A program made the position numbers and the translations under genes. 64,000 bases of DNA from the IMG/VR virus record IMGVR_UViG_3300025012_000952, positions 1 to 64,000 of that record; one strand, 5' to 3'. The stretch comes from an uncultured virus (IMG/VR IMGVR_UViG_3300025012_000952) (lineage: Duplodnaviria > Heunggongvirae > Uroviricota > Caudoviricetes). The notes under the pieces are model-generated. The model ran no database searches, was not told the origin of the DNA, and saw only the letters and a program-made list of their open reading frames with translations. Below, piece by piece: positions 50,350 through 60,078 of the stretch (positions are counted from its first letter, which is position 1; the number at the start of each line of letters is the position of its first letter).

Positions 50350-50693
50350 CTTATTCTCCTTATCATTATGGGTTTTTCTTTTTTCTCAGCGTTTAATTTT
50401 CTATTTTTATGCCCCTCTATCATTTTAGCCCTAAATTTTGGATTTTCCCATTGATTTTTAGTTCTTTCTGATGCTTTTCTTTTATATTCAGGGTCATTTA
50501 ATTTTTTTCTGATTGAATCTATCATTCTATTTCTTATCTCTGGATTATTCCACCTATTTTTAATAATCTCTGACATTCTTATTTTTCCTTCGGGGGATAC
50601 TTTTCTTCCTGTTTGCCCCATTATCATATTGGAACGGGCTATGGGATCTTTCCCCGTTTTAATATTAATAATTTTGTAAATAGATGAAATCAT
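50346..50693 (-). pseudogene. Internally deleted GIY-YIG remnant (NUMOD3-like repeats only)
   Basis: Begins SIYKIINIKTGK and jumps straight to the repeat region; YIG/catalytic part missing. Confidence 0.6.
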
Positions 50694-50733
50694 TATAAAT
50701 ACTTTTCTTCTAATTCATTTCTGAGTCCCAAAT

Positions 50734-50967
50734 TTACTCCCCTTTCCGCAATAAAGATGGCAATGAAATAATATCTTCCGTGGTTACTTTATTTGTCCAT
50801 TCAAAAAATAATTCTTTTCCTTTGGTAAATACCGTTATCCAAATAGTAAAGAATAATATACCAATTTGAACAATACATTGCAAGAAAGATATAATAGTTA
50901 ATATTACAGATTTAAATAACTTTCCACTCCTTTCATATAAATCTTTTCCTTCATCTTTAACCTTCAT
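50734..50967 (-). CDS. Small membrane protein
   Basis: Hydrophobic helix. Confidence 0.45.
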   Translation of the reverse strand: MKVKDEGKDLYERSGKLFKSVILTIISFLQCIVQIGILFFTIWITVFTKGKELFFEWTNKVTTEDIISLPSLLRKGE

Positions 50968-51632
50968 TTTATTTCCTCCATTAAATTGAAAATTCCGTTT
51001 GAATCTGACTGAAAATGCCCTCGCATAAAATGATTATCTTTTCGGAAAAATTCTAATCCCCGTCTCTTTACGGAGTTGGAGAAGGTATAAAAACATTCAT
51101 CTGATTTTTTATGTTTATTTAATAGACCGATGAAACAAAATTTATTTATGCTATGATTCGCCGTCGTTCTATCGAATTTAAATTCAATTTCTGAATGATC
51201 CCTTCCAACTTCTCCACGTATAAATTCTACAATATCCGGTACTTTTATTTTGATTAATTTATTTTCAGAATATACTTTTGTAAAGTACTGCCACATGCAC
51301 CAACTAAGACGGTCATCAGGGTTTATTCCGTGGTTTTCTACGTATTCCAAATCAACTAATCCTTCTCCTTCCATTATAGTTTTCTTATATGATTCTATAC
51401 AATTTTTAGAATATGCGGTAGAGTCAGGGTATTTTGGTTTTCTTACTCTTTTCTTTTTTTCAACTACCATATCAAACTCTGTATGAACTAATTTGATAGT
51501 TGCTTCTACTATTCCCTTTTTGGCATAAGCTGTTATTACAAAAGATTGGACATTATCAATACTTTCTCCAGTTTCTGCATTTATTACTTTAGTCCCTGGT
51601 ATGGTACCATCACTAATAATTTTCAGTTTCAT
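50964..51632 (-). CDS. Hypothetical protein
   Basis: 222-aa ORF. Confidence 0.55.
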   Translation of the reverse strand: MKLKIISDGTIPGTKVINAETGESIDNVQSFVITAYAKKGIVEATIKLVHTEFDMVVEKKKRVRKPKYPDSTAYSKNCIESYKKTIMEGEGLVDLEYVENHGINPDDRLSWCMWQYFTKVYSENKLIKIKVPDIVEFIRGEVGRDHSEIEFKFDRTTANHSINKFCFIGLLNKHKKSDECFYTFSNSVKRRGLEFFRKDNHFMRGHFQSDSNGIFNLMEEIK

Positions 51633-51796
51633 TTGGTACCCTTCTTTTTCTTGATAATAACAATAGTAGATGGTTTATAATCATCTACCAAAGATTGTAA
51701 AGTTTCTTGAGGACAATTTCCACTATACTTACATTTACAAGTAGATGACCTTAAATAATTCTTGGCTGCGGTAACTAATTTCTCCGTGTAGTCCAT
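51629..51796 (-). CDS. Small hypothetical protein (55 aa, not in ORF track)
   Basis: MDYTEKLVTAAKNYLRSSTCKCKYSGNC..., SD GGAGG; fills the gap exactly. Confidence 0.45.
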   Translation of the reverse strand: MDYTEKLVTAAKNYLRSSTCKCKYSGNCPQETLQSLVDDYKPSTIVIIKKKKGTK

Positions 51797-52207
51797 TTAT
51801 TCCTCCTCCGTAAATACTTTATTCCAAGGAATTATTTTAGTTCTTTCCAAATTACGAACTTCAAATTGTTCCGGAAATCGGATAGCAAATTCTAACTCCT
51901 CTGATTCTTTGACGAGTACAAATAAAATCATATCTGCTTCCGTTCCTCTATCGAAATGAAAACGTCCACGTCTTCTTGGGCCACTACTACCTTTTCCATT
52001 TTTTCCCTTAGACTTTATCCATTCTTCGCAAGATTTAATTTCAATTTTTGCATCTCCCACCGTAACATCATATCCTGCCTTATAATCCGGTTTAATCGGA
52101 GGATCTTTGAAAGTTTCCTCCAAAAATCGGAGAACTTGGGGTGAACCCTCCGTCCAGTGCCTAGAAAAGAATTTTTCATTTTTTCTCCCTTTATTGAAAA
52201 ACTTCAA
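51797..52207 (-). CDS. Putative PD-(D/E)xK nuclease-like protein
   Basis: GYDVTVGDAKIEIKS (D...ExK). Confidence 0.45.
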   Translation of the reverse strand: MKFFNKGRKNEKFFSRHWTEGSPQVLRFLEETFKDPPIKPDYKAGYDVTVGDAKIEIKSCEEWIKSKGKNGKGSSGPRRRGRFHFDRGTEADMILFVLVKESEELEFAIRFPEQFEVRNLERTKIIPWNKVFTEEE

Positions 52208-52216
52208 AATTGTTAT

Positions 52217-52921
52217 TTACAATGCTTCAAAATTTAAGTTTCTTTTATTTCTAGCTTTTGCTTTTCCTTCAACGGATTTGGCAATATGTTCCGGACTAAG
52301 ATGTCTTCCAATAAGGGAAGCAGATAAATTGGCTAAATATTTTGGGTTATTGCTTCTCCTTATAAACCCTTCCGCCATTTTAGCTCTAAATTTTGGATCT
52401 GCCCATTGTTTTTTAGCAACAACTGACTGATTTTTTCTAAAATTAGGATCTTTTCCCCTTTCTTGATTCATTTCTAATATTTTTATTTTATGTTCAGGAC
52501 TTTTCTTTCTGCCTTTCAAAAGAGAAATTACTTTATTTCTATATTCTGGATCTAACCAATGATCTTTACTAGTTTGAGAAATTATTTTCTTAACTTCTTC
52601 TGAATGTTTATTTCCTAAACAAGAATTAGCATATCTACAAACATTATACCCATATCTATCGTCATATGATTGGTAGTAATCTAACCAAGTTTGCTCTCTG
52701 AAAGATAATTGAGACAAATCTTTTACTATTTCCATTATTATAAATTCAAAATTTTCTTCTCTATATTTATGATAAGCCCTTTGAAAATAAAGAGAATGGT
52801 GAGTTCCTTTACGAAGTTCGCATAAATGATTAGTCCACCTACTATATAAATTTACAGCAGATCCGACATATCTTTTTTCATTAATTTTATTAACTATCAT
52901 ATAAATACCTGATACTTTCAT
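52217..52921 (-). CDS. Free-standing GIY-YIG homing endonuclease
   Basis: GIYMIVNKIN.KRYVGSA, REQ.WLD, GYN, NUMOD3 KHSEE. Confidence 0.88.
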   Translation of the reverse strand: MKVSGIYMIVNKINEKRYVGSAVNLYSRWTNHLCELRKGTHHSLYFQRAYHKYREENFEFIIMEIVKDLSQLSFREQTWLDYYQSYDDRYGYNVCRYANSCLGNKHSEEVKKIISQTSKDHWLDPEYRNKVISLLKGRKKSPEHKIKILEMNQERGKDPNFRKNQSVVAKKQWADPKFRAKMAEGFIRRSNNPKYLANLSASLIGRHLSPEHIAKSVEGKAKARNKRNLNFEAL

Positions 52922-54769
52922 TCACCGTACCAAATTTTCCAACATTTCTAGACGGAAATCGGAACTTTCAATATATCTCCAAATTATGTTTTCCTCTCGA
53001 TCTCTTCCATATGGTTCCATTCCTTGGGCCCAATCCGGAAAATAAGCCGGATTGCTCATTCTTAAATTCCACGAGTTCTTAACTTCTTTCATCAAAGTTT
53101 CTGATAACCACCCTCCACGTTCCTCTACGAAAGTGTTATATTCTCCCCACGTTACGGGTCGGGGGGCGTTGTTTCGAACAAACCTAGCTGCAATCATATT
53201 GTTTCCGTAGGAGAATCCTCCACCTAAAGGAAGATAGATGTCAGATATAGAACAGCAAATATCGTCGTCATTGATAGGAGAGTTGCCAAAATCAAAAGTG
53301 GATGAAGAGAATCCCTGATTTTTCATTAATTTCATAAATTCCCCTAAGACTAGGGAACCTAGCCACTGACTATCTGACATTATAAGAAACATTCGATGGA
53401 AATCTATCCCTAACATTTCCATTTGGCGCTTTACTCCGGGGGCGGAAGCGGAATAACTATATGTATCGAAAGTAATGTGCTTGATTCCAATTTCCTTTAC
53501 TCTACTGATCCATTCTTCCACTGCATCTTTTTCATCGTTTACGAAAATCATTAAGGGTTCGATCCTAGCTACCACCCTAACCCCTGCATCTACAAGAGCT
53601 TTTGCAGCAAGTAAGCGTTGGGAGAAGGAAGGTGCCCCAGGCTCTAACTTTTTATTTAAAGCATCATCAGAAGATATCATAGTCATATGGACAGCAGAAC
53701 CGGCCTTATTATCTGCCAAAGCTCTAACGTAGTCTTCTCTACCGATTAACGCTGATTTTGTGTTCACCATAATAGGATAAACTTGATCTGATAAATAACG
53801 CATGAAATTCAAACTAATTCCTTTTTGCGCTTCGATAGGAAGAAAATCTTCAAATCGAATTCCTAGACGGATGGGAATTTGAAGACTTATTGCTTTTGGT
53901 AATTCTGGTCCATCAATCTTTTGGCCTCGAAATTTCATTAATTTATCCATCTCCGTTCGGAAGTATTCCGGTCGGCAATGGCGTATTCCAATTTCTTTGG
54001 GATTATCAAAAAATGATGTATATAATGATGATCGGAATGAATCTGCAAAACAATTGTGAACTAAAATCCCCTCCGCGAAATAATTATTATTGGGCACGCA
54101 TTCAAAATTATAAACTATTTTTTTATTGCTAGTTTTTGCTCTATATATAGATTCAATTCTTCTCCATGCCCATTTATTAGAATTATTGGGGGGATAAAAA
54201 ACAATCATATCATGAATACTTAATTGTCCAGCATCTATCCATCCTCTACTAGTAAATACAGGATGTTCTAAAGTAAGTTTTAAAATTTTTTCTTTTATTT
54301 TGATAACTATCAAATCTTCTGCGGTTCGACTCATTATTTTTGTAACTACTGACTTTTCTGATTCTAAGTGAGTTCTGTAAGTTTTTAATGAAACTACCAA
54401 ATCTCCTTCTTTGATATCCTTAATATTCTTTTTCTTTCCGCCCCACATTTGTATTTTAGTTAATGGCGGCAGACAATATTTGCACTGGTAACTGCAAGAT
54501 AGGGCATCGTAAGTATCTGAATTTAAAGGAAGTGGACAATGAGCGGCTCTTAATGAAACTTCAATAAATGAAGTAATTTCCTCTTTATTTAGCATTCGCT
54601 GTTTAACTTCAAATTTTTCGCTATCGAATGAAAATTCGGAATAATTTACTTTACGGCCTTTCTCACGAACTAATCCTTTATGCTTCTCCATTGATTCGAG
54701 TTGAGATCTACGAGGGATAATGGTTTTGACTATTTCGCGCAACTCCCAGTAATCTTTAAATATAGTCAT
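52922..54769 (-). CDS. Radical SAM protein (SPL-like), mini-intein-containing
   Basis: CSYQCKY|intein|CFA restores CxxxCxxC; NTKS, LEPGAPS...RL, RIEP. Confidence 0.85.
   Translation of the reverse strand: MTIFKDYWELREIVKTIIPRRSQLESMEKHKGLVREKGRKVNYSEFSFDSEKFEVKQRMLNKEEITSFIEVSLRAAHCPLPLNSDTYDALSCSYQCKYCLPPLTKIQMWGGKKKNIKDIKEGDLVVSLKTYRTHLESEKSVVTKIMSRTAEDLIVIKIKEKILKLTLEHPVFTSRGWIDAGQLSIHDMIVFYPPNNSNKWAWRRIESIYRAKTSNKKIVYNFECVPNNNYFAEGILVHNCFADSFRSSLYTSFFDNPKEIGIRHCRPEYFRTEMDKLMKFRGQKIDGPELPKAISLQIPIRLGIRFEDFLPIEAQKGISLNFMRYLSDQVYPIMVNTKSALIGREDYVRALADNKAGSAVHMTMISSDDALNKKLEPGAPSFSQRLLAAKALVDAGVRVVARIEPLMIFVNDEKDAVEEWISRVKEIGIKHITFDTYSYSASAPGVKRQMEMLGIDFHRMFLIMSDSQWLGSLVLGEFMKLMKNQGFSSSTFDFGNSPINDDDICCSISDIYLPLGGGFSYGNNMIAARFVRNNAPRPVTWGEYNTFVEERGGWLSETLMKEVKNSWNLRMSNPAYFPDWAQGMEPYGRDREENIIWRYIESSDFRLEMLENLVR
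54053..54475 (-). mobile_element. Mini-intein (141 aa) splitting the radical SAM CxxxCxxC motif
   Basis: CLPPLT ... TLEHPV ... VYNFECVPNNNYFAEGILVHN|C. Confidence 0.92.
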
Positions 54770-54976
54770 TTAATGATTTATCTCCATTTCTTCTTCTCTT
54801 TCGTCAAATTCTACCACTTCGTCAATTGCCCATAGTAAAGAAGTATAATCAGGCAGTAAATATTTCATTTCTGATACGAATACTAAGGCTTGAGCTAATT
54901 CTTCCCATTGATCTTCCGTTGCTGCTCCTGATTTAAATAATTCAATAGTTCTGTCCATATATTCCCGTTTGGTCAA
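54770..54976 (-). CDS. Hypothetical protein
   Basis: ORF in operon. Confidence 0.45.
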   Translation of the reverse strand: MTKREYMDRTIELFKSGAATEDQWEELAQALVFVSEMKYLLPDYTSLLWAIDEVVEFDEREEEMEINH

Positions 54977-55227
54977 TTATCTTTCCTCCCTTGTCCAGTG
55001 GGAGGATTAATTGGCCTTGGAGTTATGGGAGGAGAGTTCCATCCTCCTTTACACATATTAGTAGGTGGATGGGTAGGAGCAATACCATTTGGTTTTTTAG
55101 TAGGAAGTTTTGGTTGGTAGCTATATCCACTACGTTTTGGCTCTCTCTCAGAATAACCCCAAATATAACATATTAATCCCCAAACTATAAATAATATTAA
55201 AGATTCCCATCGTTCAAATCCCGTCAC
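54973..55227 (-). CDS. Small membrane-anchored Pro-rich protein
   Basis: N-terminal TM helix; SD GGGAGG. Confidence 0.45.
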   Translation of the reverse strand: MTGFERWESLILFIVWGLICYIWGYSEREPKRSGYSYQPKLPTKKPNGIAPTHPPTNMCKGGWNSPPITPRPINPPTGQGRKDN

Positions 55228-55299
55228 GTTTTTCCTCCCTACTAGTTCTACAGAAAACGGAATAGTTTCAATTTATTTTATATCATTTTATTTGTAATT

Positions 55300-55596
55300 T
55301 TAATTCAATGTAGGTATTATGACCTTTCGTCTAACTCTCTTTCCGTCCCAAGATTCTGGTAAAAAACAAGCTCCCATATCCTCTTTTGTTTTGATATTCA
55401 TTACAATCATAATTAATTTTTTAACTACTAAAAGGGGTCCTTTGTCATCTAATGTATATATTACTGTATATTTGGGTCCTAATGGAAGTCTTTTTACAAA
55501 TTCCTTTACTTCCCATTTATCAATATATAATTTTGGATTATCAACTTCTAGAATATCATCATTTGCTAAAATAGTTTTAGTTATCGAAAGTTCCAT
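55300..55596 (-). CDS. Hypothetical protein
   Basis: ORF in operon. Confidence 0.45.
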   Translation of the reverse strand: MELSITKTILANDDILEVDNPKLYIDKWEVKEFVKRLPLGPKYTVIYTLDDKGPLLVVKKLIMIVMNIKTKEDMGACFLPESWDGKRVRRKVIIPTLN

Positions 55597-55597
55597 T

Positions 55598-56533
55598 TCA
55601 TCTCCCTAACCTATCTTTAAAATATTTTATAGTTTGTTCTAATCCGTCAGATAATGTAACTTTTGGTTCCCATTTTAATTTATCTTTAGCCATAGTTATA
55701 TCAGGTCTACGTCGAATGGGGTCATCTCCAGGCAATGGTTTATAAATTATCTCTGATTTTGATTTTGTTAATTTTATTATTACTTGAGCCAACGTTTTTA
55801 TATCTATTTCTATTGGATTACCTATATTTATAGGACCAGTAATATCATTGGTATTCATCATTTTTATAATACCTTCTATTGTATCATCTATAAAACAAAA
55901 AGAACGAGTTTGCCTTCCATCCCCATATATTGTGATAGGATCATTTTTTAAAGCTTGTAAAATAAAGTTAGATACCACTCTTCCATCTCCAGTGGCTAAA
56001 TTAGGTCCATAAGTATTGAAAATTCTTACCACTTTGATAAAAAGTTTATGTTGTCTATAATAATCAAAGAATAAAGTTTCTGCACATCTTTTTCCTTCAT
56101 CATAGCAAGATCGAATCCCTATAGGATTTACATTTCCCCAATAATCTTCATATTGAGGATGCCTCAAAGGATCTCCGTAAACTTCCGATGTAGATGCTTG
56201 AAGTATTTTAGCTTTTGTTCGTTTTGCTAATCCTAGCATATTTATTGCCCCATGAACTATTGTTTTAATAGTTTGAACAGGATCTTTTTGATAATAAATA
56301 GGAGAAGCAGGGGCAGCAAGATTATAAATTTCATCTACTTCAACATATAATGGAAAAGTTATATCGTGCCTTAATAATTCAAAATTAGGATTTGATAAAA
56401 GAGGAAGAATATTTTCTTTGGTGGATGAATAAAAATTATCTACACAAAGAACTTCATTTCCTTCATTTAATAATCTTTTACATAAATGAGAACCAAGAAA
56501 TCCTGCTCCTCCAGTTACTAATATTTTTTTCAA
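55598..56533 (-). CDS. UDP-glucuronate decarboxylase (UDP-xylose synthase), NAD-dependent SDR
   Basis: [49 protein letters not shown]. Confidence 0.92.
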   Translation of the reverse strand: MKKILVTGGAGFLGSHLCKRLLNEGNEVLCVDNFYSSTKENILPLLSNPNFELLRHDITFPLYVEVDEIYNLAAPASPIYYQKDPVQTIKTIVHGAINMLGLAKRTKAKILQASTSEVYGDPLRHPQYEDYWGNVNPIGIRSCYDEGKRCAETLFFDYYRQHKLFIKVVRIFNTYGPNLATGDGRVVSNFILQALKNDPITIYGDGRQTRSFCFIDDTIEGIIKMMNTNDITGPINIGNPIEIDIKTLAQVIIKLTKSKSEIIYKPLPGDDPIRRRPDITMAKDKLKWEPKVTLSDGLEQTIKYFKDRLGR

Positions 56534-57717
56534 AATAATAATCCTTTTTTTTCTTCAATAGCTCCTTCTTCTTTTCTTCCATAAATATTCATTCCATTTT
56601 TATCTTTATCCAAAATTATAATTTCTGGACTATCCTTCAAAGAAAAATATTGTCCTTTTCCATTCCAAATTTCTTTCATTCTATCGTAAGCCTCTGGTTG
56701 TCTAAATGTTATTTCCTCCATATCATCCCAACAAACCGAACCTTTTTCCATTATTATTTTACAAGCATGTTGAAAGGTGAATTCATAGGGAACGAATAAC
56801 CCATCCACTCCGCAACAACTTTCACAAGAATTACTAAATGGAAAATTTACGAAATCAGGAGAAGAAGCGGGGACATTTTTACTTCTCAAAATATCTCTAA
56901 ATTGTTTTCCTACGGGGGTCCAATTTTCATCTAGATTCTTTTCCAAAAGTTTGACGTAATTGAATCCCCGGCTTTCAAATTCTTTTTGAGCTATTTTGTA
57001 ATTTGAAGTCCGATAATTAAAGAAACTAACATGTTTAGCTCCGGTACGGGATGCCATCTCGGCGTACCCTTCCAACATGTCTTCCTTCGAATTGATTCCC
57101 ACTAGGATTGGTTCCCAACGTACAGCGGTCCAAATCCCTAGGTTGTTTAAAGTCTTGACTAGGGACCATCTCATAGATGCAGGGGGATTCCCCGGTTCTA
57201 ATTTGTAATTGAGGGTATCACTACCCCCCATAATAGATACAATAACAGCTACATTCATATCTTTTAATAAATCAAGGTACCTATGCATTCCAATATAATG
57301 ACTTTTAGTTTCTATGATCATAGGAACTTTATATTCTTTGAATAATTTGAGAACGGGGACTACTACATTATCTCTCATATCCTCTAGGCAGAATACTTCT
57401 GATTTACTTCCCATATTGAAAGGGAGTCCTCTACGAAGGCATTGAACGTGCCAATCTGTATATTGTTTATCAGAACCATAGGCTTTATCAAAAAGTTTCT
57501 TAAAATCTTCTGGATTACAAGCTCTGACTAAATCTCTTGACCATCCTTCGTAGTACCGTGTGTAAAGTCCTTCTTCCATTTCTCTACAAAAACAAAAATG
57601 ACATGGAAAACTGCAGCCAGCAAAAATATCACCTCCAAATGCTTGGGGGCATACGAGGGAATCATTTCTAAATCCAACTATAGACCCAAATTTTAGTTCT
57701 CTAATATCTTTTTTCAA
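56530..57717 (-). CDS. Radical SAM protein (SPL-like), paralogue of 52922-54769
   Basis: [27 protein letters not shown]. Confidence 0.85.
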   Translation of the reverse strand: MKKDIRELKFGSIVGFRNDSLVCPQAFGGDIFAGCSFPCHFCFCREMEEGLYTRYYEGWSRDLVRACNPEDFKKLFDKAYGSDKQYTDWHVQCLRRGLPFNMGSKSEVFCLEDMRDNVVVPVLKLFKEYKVPMIIETKSHYIGMHRYLDLLKDMNVAVIVSIMGGSDTLNYKLEPGNPPASMRWSLVKTLNNLGIWTAVRWEPILVGINSKEDMLEGYAEMASRTGAKHVSFFNYRTSNYKIAQKEFESRGFNYVKLLEKNLDENWTPVGKQFRDILRSKNVPASSPDFVNFPFSNSCESCCGVDGLFVPYEFTFQHACKIIMEKGSVCWDDMEEITFRQPEAYDRMKEIWNGKGQYFSLKDSPEIIILDKDKNGMNIYGRKEEGAIEEKKGLLF

Positions 57718-58115
57718 GATGTCATCTTTTCTTTCAACTCAGGTAGATCCTTTCTTTCTTTTAGACTAAAATTTCCCAAAACTTTTTGTAGACACCGTTT
57801 TTGATCTTCTGCTTCATCTACTGTCATTTCTGCGTTATAAATAGGAATAATTTTATCGCCCTTTAAATTAAATCCCACATTGTAAATCCAAATTTTATTG
57901 ATATTGGGTGTTATATGAGAAGTTGGTTTTACTAGTGCCCCAGTCCCAACAAAACCATTAAGATATGTAATAACGTGGGCTATTTTTACACGAGAATAAA
58001 AATACTCTAATTCAATAAATAATGTATCTCTCTGTTTTTTAGTAATATTTTTATTCTTACAACTTTCGTTCCATATATTATAGGTGTCTAGACTAAATGG
58101 AAGTTTTCTATCCAT
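57714..58115 (-). CDS. Hypothetical protein
   Basis: ORF in operon. Confidence 0.5.
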   Translation of the reverse strand: MDRKLPFSLDTYNIWNESCKNKNITKKQRDTLFIELEYFYSRVKIAHVITYLNGFVGTGALVKPTSHITPNINKIWIYNVGFNLKGDKIIPIYNAEMTVDEAEDQKRCLQKVLGNFSLKERKDLPELKEKMTS

Positions 58116-58150
58116 TTATTGATTCTCCTTAATCCTAGTATTTTCTTTCA

Positions 58151-58999
58151 TCAATACCCCACAGGAAGTTCAAATGGTGTAATTAAATCTTCGGGTATTT
58201 CAATATCATCGAATTGAGGAATATTGGCAGATGATTTTCGTATATATTCCAAATATCCCACTCTACTTGGATCAATATCTAATATTTTGGTAGCAGCTAC
58301 GTCCATAACGTACATATCTTTTGTTGAAATTAAAATATTAGCTGGTTTAGGAATTCCGCATTGTTCCGAATATTCTGATCCTACGATACCATCTAAAACA
58401 CAAGCAGCAACTCTATCTTTAATAAGAAAATATAAGTCATGAAGTCTTTTATGAAGAATATCACAACTTCCACGTGGGTGCATACTACCTTTTTGGGCCA
58501 TCATGCCCATACAATTTTTGATAGATATCGTAGTTCCCGACATATTATGAACTTTCAATTTAGGAACATTTATGACGAAATCGCATTCCAACATAGTATT
58601 AGAAAATTTGGCCCCGAATAAGGATAAATATCCATCCCTACGGTAAAGGGTAAACTCATGAAACCGGGGTCCTTCCTGAAGTCCTATTAATTGTACTCCA
58701 TATTTTTTAGATAATTGGTCATAACCAGACAATTTAATTGTATGCTCAAATTGGTCTTTAAATCCACAATCTCCTACTATTATATCATTAGCCCCTTCTC
58801 TTATCAAATATTCTATAACTAGAGAAACAACTTCAACTCTGGTAGTAGATGCTATATCCCATCGGGTGGGAGGACATACGAGGTTGGGTTTAATGAAAAC
58901 TTTTTTACCACTACAATCTGGAAAGTATTTCCAAAATTCTTGGGATATATTTTCTAATTTTAAATTTGCGTAATCAGATTCTCTATGAAATTGGATCAA
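58151..58999 (-). CDS. DUF362 family protein
   Basis: KVFIKPNL, INVPKLKVH...TT.SIKN.MG, LDGIVG. Confidence 0.8.
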   Translation of the reverse strand: MIQFHRESDYANLKLENISQEFWKYFPDCSGKKVFIKPNLVCPPTRWDIASTTRVEVVSLVIEYLIREGANDIIVGDCGFKDQFEHTIKLSGYDQLSKKYGVQLIGLQEGPRFHEFTLYRRDGYLSLFGAKFSNTMLECDFVINVPKLKVHNMSGTTISIKNCMGMMAQKGSMHPRGSCDILHKRLHDLYFLIKDRVAACVLDGIVGSEYSEQCGIPKPANILISTKDMYVMDVAATKILDIDPSRVGYLEYIRKSSANIPQFDDIEIPEDLITPFELPVGY

Positions 59000-59021
59000 T
59001 TACTACTCCCTTTTAAAAATA

Positions 59022-59123
59022 TGGTGGTGGTGAGGGGATTACCACTTATTTCGGTCTTATCACCGAACACTGTTAAGTACCCCCGTCAAGGTTCCTCCGG
59101 GACATTCGTCCAAGAGCACCACC
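59022..59123 (-). ncRNA. Unidentified structured RNA B with 7-bp acceptor-like stem and 3' ACCA
   Basis: GGTGGTG/CACCACC + ACCA; GGGGG/CCCCT stem; hairpins GGAC-GAAT-GTCC and TTCGGT-GATAAG-ACCGAA; intergenic. Confidence 0.55.
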
Positions 59124-59136
59124 CCAAGATTATATT

Positions 59137-59859
59137 TCAGTTAACGGTGAACGATCCATTTGCTACTGTAATAATTTCCATCTTGCTGAGCAACGACACT
59201 CCGCATTTGGCTACTGCAGCGGATTCCTTAATATTACTTTTCCCTCCCTGATCTGCGTAAGACTGATCAGCAGCATTAACCAACTCCTCTAAAGTCCCCG
59301 TTTTCAACGAGAGAAGAGTATCCGCCAAAACTGTCCAACGACTAAATGACTTGGGAGCCGGGGGAACACGCTTGATTCTTTCTTTCTCCGGTTTTGGAGC
59401 TTTAGGAGCAGCCGGAGTTTTAGCGACAGTAGGAGCCGTGGGAGCAGGAGTTGCTGCTGTAGGAGTGGCAACGGGGGCTACGGGAGCGGCGGGGGCAGGG
59501 GTAGCTGCAGAACGCCCAACACGACGGGCTACGGGAGGGGGCGGGGGAGCAGGAGGTTCGGGTTCAGGTTCCGGTTCAGGTTCCGGCTCAGGAGTGATCG
59601 GAGCTTCCTCCACCGGAGTTTCCGGAGTTGATTCTTCCTGATCTAACCCCAACGTGGTAATAATATCGTTGTACATGTTGATAATATTTGCGTTCGATGA
59701 CCCCGGAGCATCCCCTTCGGCCTTTTCCACTGCATCGAGATATGCCGGGATCAGCATCTCCTTTGAAATCTTGTCGGCGTTGTTAATCCCAATTTCAGTA
59801 GCACAAGCAATGAGCTTTGAATGTACGATTTTCTTCAAAAGTTTCGGATCGAATTTCAT
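59137..59859 (-). CDS. Hypothetical Pro/Ala-rich protein
   Basis: Start MKFDPK with SD GGAGGGAG; PEPEPE/APAAP linker; high GC. Confidence 0.6.
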   Translation of the reverse strand: MKFDPKLLKKIVHSKLIACATEIGINNADKISKEMLIPAYLDAVEKAEGDAPGSSNANIINMYNDIITTLGLDQEESTPETPVEEAPITPEPEPEPEPEPEPPAPPPPPVARRVGRSAATPAPAAPVAPVATPTAATPAPTAPTVAKTPAAPKAPKPEKERIKRVPPAPKSFSRWTVLADTLLSLKTGTLEELVNAADQSYADQGGKSNIKESAAVAKCGVSLLSKMEIITVANGSFTVN

Positions 59860-60078
59860 GTAGTTCTCCCTCCGTTCGGAATTTGTAAGACAACTACAAT
59901 CTTCTACAGGAATAGCCACTATCTGATACTTCATCTCACCCACCCCTTCTGGCTTGGTTTCCCGTGTACTTATTACTACAGGAGCTAAGCCTAAATCAAT
60001 ATTATTTTTTATGAACAATTATTATACCTTTTGATTGATTATTTTAAATTTCTTCCTTTTCATTATCTGATGGGTAAA

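Noticed and set aside
33773..59123. Calling the two CCA-ended RNAs (33773-33890 and 59022-59123) canonical tRNAs or tmRNA
   Set aside because: No TTCRA T-loop, D-loop GG, 7-nt anticodon loop or tag ORF
58985..59251. 88-aa + strand ORF
   Set aside because: Antisense shadow over RNA B and a gene end
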